Source: Antedon mediterranea (lineage: Eukaryota; Animalia; Echinodermata). From it: DNA of 64,000 bases. The translations under genes and the position numbers were made by a program. Under the pieces are notes generated by a model. The model worked only from the letters and a program-made list of their open reading frames with translations. It was not told the DNA's origin and ran no database searches. Shown here piece by piece: positions 14,109-26,109 of the stretch; position 1 is the first letter of the stretch; every line of letters begins with the position of its first letter. The stretch covers positions 7,802,201-7,866,200 of the forward strand of contig NC_092670.1 of assembly GCF_964355755.1 (NCBI RefSeq), read 5' to 3'.

Positions 14109-15108
14109 GACTTTGAGATACACTTAACTGCTACATTCAGCTGTTAGTAGTGCTATATGATATACGTAGCCTATTCCAATGGAGTAACCATACGTAAATA
14201 TATTTTGAATACACAGCATATTGCTCGTAACATGGCTTACAGTAACAATCAGTTGAATTACATGATTAAATTGGATGAACAAGTGAACCTGATAATAATA
14301 CGCCTACTTACCTTTACAAGCAGATGGACATGTTGTTGCTATACCAAACATAGATTCAAAATCATCATTAAATGAAACATACGTCTCGATTGATATTACT
14401 ACAAATTGTACGATGCAATCAAATAGTGAGTGAGTATTTAAGCACGACAAACTTTCATGTAATAAGCAAAAGCGTTCGCCTCCTTTATCTTAAAAATAAA
14501 AAGCAGTTAGCGAGGTTAATATCATTTTTGGCATTGCTGTATGGTTAGTGAAAATGACTTGAGTAGTCATAAGGTCGGTAAAACGATACGTGATACAAAT
14601 CAGAAAAATTCTTTAAGATGCTACCGAAACGTGTAGTCGCCGTAAGATCGTCGCGTTATTATTAATGGCAATTCATCCTATATGTAAAAGTTGAAGAAGC
14701 ACGTGACCGAATCGTGAACTCATAATTATTCAATGCAGATACGTATACAGTCAAATCGGAACCCGATAATCCGTGGGCTTGAATACGTAACACCCGTAAA
14801 AGCTCTACACTCACATTATATATTTACTTTATTTTATTAAAACATATTTAGGCAGAATAACATAACATAAATCGTTGACTACACAAATTTACTAAGATTA
14901 AAGAACGTGATTTTAGTTTAGTTTATGTTAGTTTAGTTTAGCGATTTTTATGAATCAAATCAGTTTATAAACAAATCTTATTTAGGCTTTAGTTTTACTT
15001 TCCAGTTTTAATTTTAAAAGCCTACAACAATTAAGGCATGCTTTAAAAAAAGCTTTCTAAATGTTGAGCGCCAACTATAGTTTGAAGCATCATCTCAAAC
15101 AGGACGGC

Positions 15109-15291
15109 TGATTGGACGCAAGTTATGTTTAAGTTGCGATATTTCCCTATCCGCGCGCGCGTCGCGTCTGTAGTTTCTGCATAGCAACATTCACATGGTA
15201 ACAGCTAAAAACAAAAATATTATTAGTTTAGCGTAGAGTTGAGATAGAGAAGGCTGCTCTACAAAGATAGTATCTAGTAAACAGGAAAAAG
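15109..15291 (+). promoter_or_regulatory. Putative promoter and non-coding first exon of the small orphan gene (CCAAT box, CpG patch, RFX-like sites)
   Basis: ATTGG at 15111-15115, CpG cluster CCGCGCGCGCGTCGCG at 15151-15166, RFX-like half-sites CATAGCAAC (15180-15188) and CATGGTAAC (15194-15202), and donor AAG|GTATGT at 15291/15292. Confidence 0.45.
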
Positions 15292-16436
15292 GTATGTAAT
15301 ATTAATCGAATTGGATGTCAACTAACACTTAATATATATCTTAGGAATCCACAAGTCTTGTACAGAAATAATAAATTAGGTATAGGCCTAGGCCTACTGC
15401 TGAACTAGGCTAGTAGCATGCCTAAATATAAATAATATTAATAATTTTAGCGGAGGCAATATGAATATGATGGGTTAGGGCCTCCTCTAACTAGGCCTAG
15501 GCTAGGCCTAGCCCTAGGCTAGGCTTGGCCTTTAGTAATAGTAGGCTAGTAGGGCTAGGCTACCTACAGCTACTACCTACGTCCTACTAGGGGTCTCTAT
15601 GATTGGTAGACTAGGTATAGCTAGGCATATCCTCTACTCTAGTCTCCTACTAAAAGGCTAGCTAGCCTAGCCTTAGTTAGGCTCCTAATTGAATTTGTCA
15701 GGACTAGCCTAGGCCTGGGCCTGACTAGCCTATTTCGTAATCGTGTGCTGCAAATGATTTAGATGTAAGGCCTAGAGGATAGGTCTAGGCTAGGCCTACA
15801 AATAGAATATATAGTAGGATGTTACATGTTGTGAATAGGCCTATGCCTATTTAGTCTGGGTATGACTAGGCTATCACTTATCAGCCCTAGCTTTAATAGT
15901 AGTAGGTTAGTAGTATGCTTTTTTTAAATTATAATATAGCATAACTGTGCTACCTACTACGACGTACGTATAGGGTATGGCAGTAAACATTATGAGAATA
16001 GCCTACAATTAAAAATTACCTCTTACTACTAGGCTTGGAAGATATGTCTAGTTCAGATAGCTAAACTAAAGCCCAGCTCTGAGATTGGCCATGGCCTGGG
16101 TTAGACTAGGCCTACTTAGATAATAGCCTATAGCAAGTGCTGCTTCTGGACAGATATTTCTTATATCAATTCCAATAAACAAATATCCTAGATTAGAGAT
16201 AAATAAACTTAGACATAGATAAGAATAGAAGTATATCTTTTTGTTTAATTGCCAGCAGACAAAATAAAAGCATGCAATAAAGTAGCATGGGTAATCAACA
16301 AACACATCTTGATTGAAAAGCAATTTAAAACTTTAAATTTATTAGGACACATACATAATTATGTTTTTTATGAAATTTTTTCCAATTCTTATCAAAATGT
16401 TTTCATTAAAAACTCGACTTTTTATATTAGGTGATC

Positions 16437-16889
16437 ATGGAATCTTCAAAAACCAAAAGATATAACAACTGCAATGTGAGTAAATAAAATAATGACTATT
16501 ATAGTATCAATATTGTTCTTTACTAAATGATTTCAGTCTTTTCAAATACGGTACGTCAACAACAACACGTATATTTTATTCACATTTTACTCATAAAAGA
16601 GACAAAAAGAAAAAAACAAGTAACCTATTCTAATCTATTTTAACACCATCAGCAAAAAGTTGGCCCACTTTCACCACCGCCTAGAACACAAGCATTCGAT
16701 GGTCTAAGAGAAGCAATTGTTCCACCAATTCGAGCAGGGTATGACACTCTAATGTCTGAAGAAACTCCAGTGGCGCAAACCGACCAGTTTGGAGAAATGT
16801 ACAGATTCAAACCAATGCCGCCAATTTCGGCCAAACCTGAATCAAAGCCTGTGAGGAAACCCAAGCGGAGGAAACAAAAAATAGTGTAG
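16437..16889 (+). CDS. Small proline-rich, basic-tailed protein of unknown function (91 aa, 2 coding exons: 16437-16475, 16653-16889)
   Basis: Acceptor TTAG|GTGATC precedes the ATG. Exon MESSKTKRYNNCN ends at a GTGAGT donor. The CAG| acceptor at 16652 is in phase 0 and gives QKVGPLSPPPRTQAFDGLREAIVPPIRAGYDTLMSEETPVAQTDQFGEMYRFKPMPPISAKPESKPVRKPKRRKQKIV*. No homologue recognised. Confidence 0.55.
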
Positions 16890-17610
16890 GTATCAAACTA
16901 CACGCATAGCAATACGTTGTCTATGTATTCATACTGTAGATATGATATTGTTAGTACCAATTTCAAGCACGTTATTTTCAAACAATTTTTAAACAAAGTC
17001 CGTACGATTATAATTTTAGAAACAACTCAGATATCGCAGGAAAAGCAGTTATTCCACCAATTCTATCAAACTGTGAGACACGAATGCTAGTAGAAAGTCC
17101 AGTGGCGCAAACCGACCAGTTGGTAGAAATGAACAGATTTAAACCGATGCCACCTATTTCAGCCAAACCAGTTCACAAATTGCATTCACCAATCTCGGAT
17201 TCATCACGAGTTGAGGGACAGATCTGCTGCTTAAAACATAGACTATTGTAAGTACTAAACTACACAGGTATATTTGCGTTGTCTTAGTATTTATATTGTT
17301 TTTGTACGCATTTTCAAGCACGTTATTTCCAAACAACATTTAAAGCAAGACCATACAATTATAATTATAGAAACAACTCAGCAGTTATTCCACCAATTCC
17401 ATCAAACTGTCAGACACCTATGTCAGGAGAAACTCCAGTGGCGCAAACCGACCATTTGGTAGAAATGAACAGATTCAAACCAATGCCACCTATTTCAGCC
17501 AAACCAGTTTCCCCCTCAAATTCATCAGCAAATGGGGGAAAGATCTGGAGGAGGACATACAAACAATTGTAGGTATCTGGCTGCACACACAAATACGTTA
17601 TCTTTGTATA
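16710..17610 (+). repeat. Tandem triplication (~340-bp unit) of the last coding exon of the small gene
   Basis: CCAGTGGCGCAAACCGACCA...GAAATG.ACAGATT.AAACC.ATGCC.CC.ATTTC.GCCAAACC occurs near 16767, 17099 and 17435. The spacer TTTCAAGCACGTTATTT.CAAACAA occurs near 16961 and 17312. Confidence 0.9.
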
Positions 17611-18029
17611 CTTAATTACATCGTTGCTCTATCCAAACAAATTATCTTTAAACTTTTGAAACAGTCAAATTAATTATTTTAAACTATTTTAATTTCCAAT
17701 GCTAATTTTTCAATAACAAAATTATAAAAAAAGTCATGCAATATTTTATAGGAACAGTCAATTTTACTTACATTTATAATACGAAAGGCTATTTTTTAAT
17801 TAACAAAAACGTTCCATGGTATAACGATTATTGACAGGCAGTTGAGGAGTAAACATCAAATTATTGTTGCTAGCTATTTTTTTAATTTAAGAGCGTGAAC
17901 TTATCGTACAGTCGTGGGCGTAACTTAACTTTACAGATTTGTCGGTGGTAGGTACATACTAGTTTCCTTTACCACGGTCATTGATTGGTAATTAACATCA
18001 AAGCTTCTATTATTAATAATAATAATTAC

Positions 18030-20213
18030 GACACTTGAGCTTATTTTAACCTTCGTCACAATCTTGGTGCCACTCGACATTTGAACTTATTTTAGCAATT
18101 TTCACGCTCTTCTTGGTGCCACTCGACAATTGAGCTTATTTTAGCCTTTGTCACAATCGTCTTGGTTTTTTTCCTTTTTTATTTATTTAACAACATATTC
18201 ATTTCCTAACATATATTCATTTCGTAACATTTTCATTTCTTAACATTATTATTCATTACTTAGCATATTCAATTCTTAGCATATTCATTTCTAAAGATAC
18301 TAATTTCATAAAGTATTCATTTATTAACCTTTTATAATATAATCATTTTACAACATATTCTTTTTAGAACGCTCATAACATTCATTACATAACAAATGCA
18401 TTTCATAACATATTTATTTTATGTTATAAAATTAAAAAATAATAATACAGTTACAATCCTCCTGGTGGCGCTCGACACTTTAGCTTATTTATCTAGCTTA
18501 TTTAGCAATTGTCACAATCTTCTTGGTGCCGCTCGACAATTGAGCTTATTTAGCAATTGTCACAATCTTCTTGGTGCCACCCGACAATTGAGCTTATTTA
18601 GCAATTGTCACAATCTTCTTGGTGCCACCCGACAATGGAACTTATTTTAGCAATTGTCAAAATCTTCTTGGTGCCACCCGAAATTTGAGCTTATTTTAGC
18701 AATTGTCACAACCTTCTTGGTGCCACCCGACACTAGAGCTTATTTTAGCAATTGTCACAATTTTCTTGGTGCCACTCGACAATTGAGCTTATTTTATCAA
18801 TTGTCACAATCCTCCCGGTGCTACTCCACAATTGAGATTATTTTTGCAATTGTCACATCGTCTTGGTGCCACCCGACAATTGAGCTTATATAGCAATTGT
18901 CACAATATTCTTGGTGCCACACGACAATTGAGCTTATTTAGCAATTGTCACAATCTTCTTGGTGCCGCTCGACAATTGAGCTTATTTAGCAATTGTCACA
19001 ATCTTCTTGGTGCCACCCGACAATTGAGCTTATTTAGCAATTGTCACAATCTTCTTGGTGCCACACGACAATTGAGCTTATTTAGCGATTGTCACAATCT
19101 TCTTGGTGCCACTCGACAATTGAGCTTATTTAGCAATTGTCAAAATCTTCTTGGTGCCACTCGACAATTGAGCTTATTTAGCGATTGTCACAATCTTCTT
19201 GGTGCCACCCGACAATTGAGCTTATTTTAGCAATTGTCACAATCTTCTTGGTGCCACACGACAATTGAGCTTATTTAGCAATTGTCACAATCTTCTTGGT
19301 GCCACTCGACAATTGAGCTTATATAGCAATTGTCACAATCTTCCTGGTGCCACTCGACAATTGAGCTTATATAGCAATTGTCACAATCTTCCTGGTGCTA
19401 CTCCACAATTGAGCTTATATAGCAATTGTCACAATCTTCCTGGTGCTACTCCACAATTGAGCTTATTTAGCAATTGTCACAATCTTCCTGGTGCCACTCG
19501 ACAATTGAGCTTATTTAGCAATTGTCACAATCTTCTTGGTGCCACTCGACAATTGAGCTTATTTTAGCAATTGTCACAATCTTCTTGGTGCCACCCGACA
19601 ATTGACCTTATTTTAGCAATTGTCACAATCTTCCTGGTGCTACTCCACAATTGAGCTTATATAGCAATTGTCACAATCTTCTTGGTGCCACTCGACAATT
19701 GAGCTTATATAGCAATTGTCAGAATCTTCTTGGTGCCACCCGACAATTGAGCTCATTTAGCAATTGTCACACTCTTCTTTGTGCCACCCGACAATTGAGC
19801 TTATTTAGCAATTGTCACAATCTTCCTGGTGCCACTCGACAATTGAGCTTATATAGCAATTGTCACAATCTTCCTGGTGCCACTCGACAATTGAGCTTAT
19901 ATAGCAATTGTCACAATCTTCCTGGTGCTACTCCACAATTGAGCTTATATAGCAATTTTCACAATCTTCCTGGTGCTACTCCACAATTGAGCTTATTTAG
20001 CAATTGTCACAATCTTCCTGGTGCCACTCGACAATTGAGCTTATATAGCAATTGTCACAATCTTCCTGGTGCTACTCCACAATTGAGCTTATATAGCAAT
20101 TGTCACAATCTTCCTGGTGCTACTCCACAATTGAGCTTATTTAGCAATTGTCACAATCTTCCTGGTGCCACTCCACAATTGAGCTTATTTAGCAATTGTC
20201 ACAATCTTCTTGG
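18030..20213. repeat. 48-bp tandem satellite: main array ~18490-20213 (about 35 units) plus ~3 degenerate units at 18030-18165
   Basis: Unit GCAATTGTCACAATCTTCTTGGTGCCACTCGACAATTGAGCTTATTTA (48 bp, occasionally 49), head-to-tail with no unique spacers. Confidence 0.97.
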
Positions 20214-20215
20214 TT

Positions 20216-20632
20216 TCATTCATTTCTTAGAATATTCCTTAAAATATTCCATTTCTCAACATAATCATTTCTTAACATATTCATTTATTAACATAATCAT
20301 TTCCTAACATATATTCATTTCTTGACATTATCATTTCCTAACACATTCATCTCTTAACATTCATTTATTAACATAATCATTTCCTAACATATATTCATTT
20401 CTTGACATTATCATTTCCCAACACATTCATCTCTTAACATTCATTTCTTAACATAATCATTTCCTAACATATATTCATTTCTTAACATAATCATTTCTTA
20501 ACATAATCATTTCCTAGCATATATTCATTTCTTAACATATTCATTTCTTAACATTATTATTCATTTTTAACATATTCATTTTTAACATATTCATTTTTAA
20601 CATATTCTTAGCATATTCATTTCTTAACATAG
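20216..20632. repeat. AT-rich ~15-17-bp minisatellite (AACATATTCATTTCTT) with 80-bp higher-order repeat; similar tract at 18190-18400
   Basis: Repeated AACAT(A/T)..TCATTTC(C/T)T units. 20281-20360 is repeated almost exactly at 20361-20440. Confidence 0.9.
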
Positions 20633-21194
20633 TTTTTAACTTCATAATATTAAATTATTAACCATACATTTATTTTTAAATTAATACAGTACCACCCCGC
20701 CCAAAAATAGTGCTTATTTCAGCCGTTGTTTAAATCATATCGGTAACACCCGACAAAATCATAGAAGCCAAAAACACCTTGTACCAAAGTGTGGATCTAG
20801 TTGTACTTGGCACTGCAATCTTTGCTCTCACTTCATTCATTTCTCTTTAATAACACCTAAGCCTACAAATCAGACATTTAACAACTTGTCTGAAACACAA
20901 AGATAAAAGCAACTACTGTTTATATTGTCATCTGTTGTATTTAACTCCTGCTTGTATTTAAGAGTTTTACCTGTCGAACAAAAAAAAAAAGAAAAAAACA
21001 AAAATGTGCCTTTCTCATTTATTGCTTGGATTATTATTGTTTTACATTGATACGTATGTGTGTGCAAAAAGATACCTGTACAATCCTCCTGAAATTTTGA
21101 AAATTCATCAACTTTGGATATTTATACAAACTATTGAAATTTACTTATATATGGATCATGATTATATTTTTGTATGCCATTTTAATATTATAAC

Positions 21195-21196
<2 letters not shown>

Positions 21197-21226
<30 letters not shown>
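21197..21226. repeat. (TA)n microsatellite
   Basis: Uninterrupted TA run. Confidence 0.95.
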
Positions 21227-22122
21227 ACCTGAAAACAAATATCTCTGGAATTGTTATATTTTATTCTAATTAATCATGTTATAAATGTATCATTTGAAAA
21301 TAAACATAGAAATCAATTATCTTTATTTGTCTAAAGTACATTTGTTATAAACTCGTAAATTTCGAATAATAATTATATGATTGGTGTATATAATTATTTT
21401 ATAGTTTATATTTCTGAATTTCTATCTTAAATTTATATGTTTATATATGATATATTGTTTTATTTTTTTGTAATGTAATCTAAAAAAATGTTCAGTTCCT
21501 TCGGCTATATTAGCCATTTTTGTTATGTAATTGTTTATGTGAATAAAAGAACCAAAACATGTTTATAGACGAAATGTTTTTATTATTAAGGCCTAGCTCG
21601 TTTTTCAAACATCAGCAAACATTTTTTTTACTAAAAATATTGTTATTGTTATCGTTATCGTTATCGTTATCTTACGCATGCCAAAGAAAAACATGAGGAA
21701 TAAGAAAATTTTAATTGTGTTATTTTTATTTTTTGTTTGTTTCATTTGGAAGGAGATAAATGCATTTAATTCTATAATCATCATTCAGTTCAATTGCTAT
21801 ATGTCCGAAAATGAACTATCGTATTCAATAACATATACATATAATACTAAAGCCTCTCTTATTGAAATTTGTTATCTATGTTAACATACACTGATCCTTC
21901 GTACCGTTTATAGATTACGTCATTCTATTAATTAATCATGCACTATTATAGACCTCATTATAATTTTGAGTAGGCCTATAAACACGTTTTTAGGTAAATG
22001 GGCTATCCTCGAAATTCTTATCTCTCAAAGTATACTCCAAGTATATCATGTAATGTGGTAAGGTGTTATTGTACAGCTAAATGTAACAGATTAATTTGAA
22101 GGATTTCTTTCTTAATACATCA

Positions 22123-25100
22123 TCAGAACCCTTTTATTTCCTTGCCTGGCATACAATGTCTACCGCCATCTATTGGTAAATGATGACCCGTTATGGACGC
22201 TGAGTCATCTGAGGCAAGAAATGCTATTGTGGATGCAACTTCAGTGTCCTCTCCATGTCGTCCGAGTGGATGATGTCGAACACTCGCGGCTTGGGCCTTA
22301 CAAAATAAAATATACAGGTTGTTAATGATTATCTGTTAGGAAAAATTGCGTTCTTCGCGCATTAAAATTGTATTGTAAAAAAGTGAAATGGTTTATACTT
22401 TATGTCTCTCATTTGACCACGATTTAAAATCTCGACATGTAGTAGTGTTGAGGCGGTTTTAAAGAAACATTATAAATACAGTTTGACCCTGCCTTGTAAA
22501 ATGATTTAGGGTAGTTGTAGTTTTAACAATATGCAGCCACTTTTGTTGAATCCCCAAGTCTCCTTAATAGGGGTTTCTACTGTATTCTTATTTCATGAAT
22601 GTGTTTTTTTAAATGTTAATAGTATTCACAAAACAAACACAATGGACGACATTCACTGAAGGGTAGCTAATCGTTCTTCGCGCATTAAAATTGCATTGTA
22701 AAGAAGTGAAATGGTTTATACTTTATGTCTCTCATTTGACCACGATTTAAAATCTCGACATGTAGTAGTGTTGAGGCGGTTTTAAAGAAACATTATAAAT
22801 ACAATTATATATAAAATTATATATAAAATTATATATAATTTTATATATAAAATTATATATAAAATTATAAGAGAAAAAAGGAAACAACTAAAGCTCAGAA
22901 AAGCGCAGGACGTGTGGAAAGATAGAAAATAAAGTGTTGTTTAGTTTGACTATTACAAGTATACATTTTCTAGTAATACTTTCATTTATTTAATTATAGC
23001 TGTACATTTTCAGATAGCTTGTTATATTAGGATAATCCTGAAACATCCATTACCATAACACAGTCTATTCTTGAACTTAACTTTTCTAATTACTAAATGA
23101 CATAAAACACTTACCAATTCCCAATCCACTCCGTTTCTTTCAAACAAAGGTGTGTGAACGATACCAGGGCTAACAAAGAAATATTATGATAGAGTCATGT
23201 TATTATTAAAGTTATATTAGAAACTTTACATTTAGAGTAGGCCTAAATTGGTTATATTAAAGAACACCAGTTGTGAAACTTACCAAACAGAATTTACTCG
23301 AACTCCATGCGGTGCTAATTCTACAAAAAAAACCCCAAAAAACACGATGGTGAAACATTACTATAATATTTAACAAATAATAAATAATATATATATATAC
23401 ACGGTAAAACCTCTGTTGTGCGAAACTCCTACTTGGGGGACTTTTCTCATCTTCTTCGAATGAGGAAAACTAATGTTTGAGGAACACATGCATTTGAATT
23501 ATGAATGCGTTTCATTCTAGGACTTAATGGAAAACTATATGAACTGAATTTTCTACACAACCTATATAAAGCTGCATTTATTTATTTATTTATTTTTATG
23601 ATGATGATATGGGCCAGGTTTATATTTTAGGCCTAATTTGCACTTACCGACAGCTGAATTTGTTGTCAACTTATCAAGCATGTATTTTGATAAACTGTAG
23701 AAAAACACATCACCACTCTGAAAACAGAACAATGTAAATCGTTCAGAAGTAGCGCCTTTTCTGTATTTGTGAACAGTGTTCTGTATATGCTTTAGCATTC
23801 AAGAGAATGTTAACGAATTAATGCTGTGAGGTGGTAGCAAAACAATTAATTTCTCACTTACCGAAACTTTGCTTACAACACTTGAAACATTAACAATTGT
23901 TCCTAAAAATAAAAGAATATCAACGGAGTTAAAAATTATCTCTATATTCCTTTCAATATTTATTTGTTTGTAAAAGCTTTGTAACGTTTGACTAGGCCTA
24001 TAGGGTTTTTTTTTCACAAAGCTGTAAATATACAATGGGACACCCATTGGAGGAAGCAACGCAAGCGTAACTTAAACTATGCAATTTGTTAAATCGCTTG
24101 CGTTTCGTCTACATTTTGGCGTTGCGTCTCTAATGGGAAACACTTGAAGGGTTTCCCGTAAACAAAGTAGATGACGTATGTTTTAACACTTTACGCGCTG
24201 ACTCTTTTTTATATAGGTGTCCTCTTAATACTGAATGTACTGTAATTTAGAAACCTACCTTTAGTTTTGATGAGATGTGGTGATGCAAGTTGTGATAAAT
24301 AGAACACCGCCCTCACATTGACATTCATGACTAGTTCATAATCATCCATTGTACTATTTTGAAAATCTTTAAGCACACAAACTCCGGCATTATTTACCTA
24401 AAAATAGTTAAAATAAAAGAAAATATTCAAATTGTATTGTTCTTTACGAAAATTCATATGCTTTTATCGTTCATACAACATTATTATCATATTTTATTTT
24501 ATTAAAAAAGACGCAATGAATAAGTTAAACGGAAAAAAGTGGGGATCAGAGCTTTAGACTTTTTAGTCAAAATTAGAATGATTTTAGGGTAATTGATTAA
24601 AGGAGCGAATTAATGCTAACCGGCTAAGAGAAAGTTGTCTTTAGTTGGAGGGAGTTTCTAATAGCATTTTTGTCTGTAATAAGGGTTATTTCTATATCGG
24701 TTTGAAAGGGAAATTAAATAGCAGCATAACAAAAAACTTTAATTTTTATTCATTTTTATTCAACCTTATAGAGGGGACCCTAAACAGCGTATGCTAACAA
24801 TCAAGGGGCCCTCGTAATGAGTTATACTAAAAATATTTGTTGTAACTTACCAAGACGTCAATTCGATTAAAACGTTTAATTGTGACGTCAACGATTCGCT
24901 CCAAATCAGAATCATTCGTCATCTCAGCGATTTGTAAAAGAACCTGTAGAATCAAATACAATATGTTATATTGTGTTTTAAATTGTATTGTATCTATGTT
25001 TTTAAGCTCAGGAAAACAAATTTCATATTTGTTATGGTATATGACAATGAATTGAATCTTGAATCTTGAATGTTTAAAACAAAAATATACACTTTGATGA

Positions 25101-26109
25101 TCATCGGCCTTTAAAGTGATTTTAAATGTATTGTACTGTATTATTATTACTATTATAATAAGCATTTATTTTGTAGAACATTTAAGTATAATTCAGTTTT
25201 TACCAACTTACGTACACCATAACGGTAAGTTACTGAAACTAAAGCCTTTAATAATTGAGCCAATAGCCTTATTTGTTTTAACATGCATACGTACGTGAAA
25301 CAAATAAAAAACTGAAAGTTCTACCTGATCTGAGTTTAGACCCCATTGCTGGCAATCTTTTCCTACGGCGTTCAGTCTCTCTTCGTTCCTTCCGACAAGG
25401 GACACAATGCATCCCAGGGAAGCAAAATGACGCGCTACGGCTGCCCCTATTCCAGAGCTAGCCCCTAATAATGTAATCAAATACAAATATGATTGACGCC
25501 TTGTTGATAACATCACGGTTGAGTGATCTCACACTGACAAGCTTATTATGGCCAAGTGTTAAGAAATTATGAACACATTCAATACTTATTTAGATAATCG
25601 GTACACAAAATCTCTACATAAAGAAATACATAATACAGATGTAGGCCTACTGTATATCAATTTGAATACTGATGATCGTTTAAAATCACATAAAAACAGT
25701 GAAAATGTAGGCTATCTTCGCTATACATATATCTAACGGTGTCCTTGATATGCTGCAGACTCCATTATGAGACACCGCTTGATGACGTTTCAAGGGGACA
25801 CTTTTCCCTTGTTTAATGAGAAAGTGTCCCTTTAATATGAATATCTCAAATAATGGATTCTACTGTAATATTTATCACATAATTACGCCATTAATATTGT
25901 CGTGGAGTTTGATTGAAAAACATTCAAATCCGAGCTATGAAAACTATAGTCACCAGTTATCATTGTAACACAGCTAGGAGAAGCATTGACATCACGGACG
26001 AGGGCTTATGACCTAAATTACTATGTTTACACACAACTTATTCAAGCTACTATAATGTGTTTGAAAACTTACCAGTTATTAATGCTACCTTTCCTTTTAA
26101 AGATGTCAT
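22123..26109 (-). CDS. Classical short-chain dehydrogenase/reductase (FabG/3-oxoacyl-ACP reductase-like), 9 coding exons, 261 aa
   Basis: Exons (minus): 26109-26073, 25464-25325, 24943-24851, 24397-24259, 23902-23862, 23717-23648, 23320-23284, 23169-23115, 22296-22123. All introns are GT-AG and phase-compatible, total 786 nt. Motifs: MTSLKGKVALITGASSGIG (TGxxxGIG), VNNAG, IVNVSS, catalytic YSLSK, ELAPHGVRVNSVCPG, HPLGRHG, FLASDDSASITGHHLPIDGG. The GR after beta-2 suggests NADP(H) preference (inference). Confidence 0.95.
22349..22803. repeat. 132-bp near-perfect direct duplication in the last SDR intron (22349-22480 and 22672-22803)
   Basis: CGTTCTTCGCGCATTAAAATTG...GAAACATTATAAATACA is present twice with about 2 mismatches, separated by about 190 bp. 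Confidence 0.92.
25750..25868. mobile_element. Degenerate Tc1/pogo-like MITE (CAG...CTACTGTA ends); related remnants near 22478-22585 and 26382-26538
   Basis: Imperfect TIRs (CAGACTCCATTATGAGA / TCTCAAATAATGGATTCTACTGTA) and an internal inverted pair GGGACACTTT / AAAGTGTCCC. Confidence 0.45.

Noticed and set aside
18490-20213. CRISPR-like array (regular repeats with an internal palindrome)
   Set aside because: Units are contiguous with no unique spacers, there are no cas genes, and the context is eukaryotic. It is a satellite.
18396-20307. ORFs encoding SNCHNLLGATRQLSLF repeats
   Set aside because: A by-product of a 48-bp (multiple of 3) unit. The frame is repeatedly broken by 49-bp units that create TAG, and no splice context is visible.
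20731-20841. Short minus-strand ORF MNEVRAKIAVPSTTRSTLWYKVFLASMILSGVTDMI next to the satellite
   Set aside because: Only 36 aa, with no recognisable motif and no compatible exon partners.
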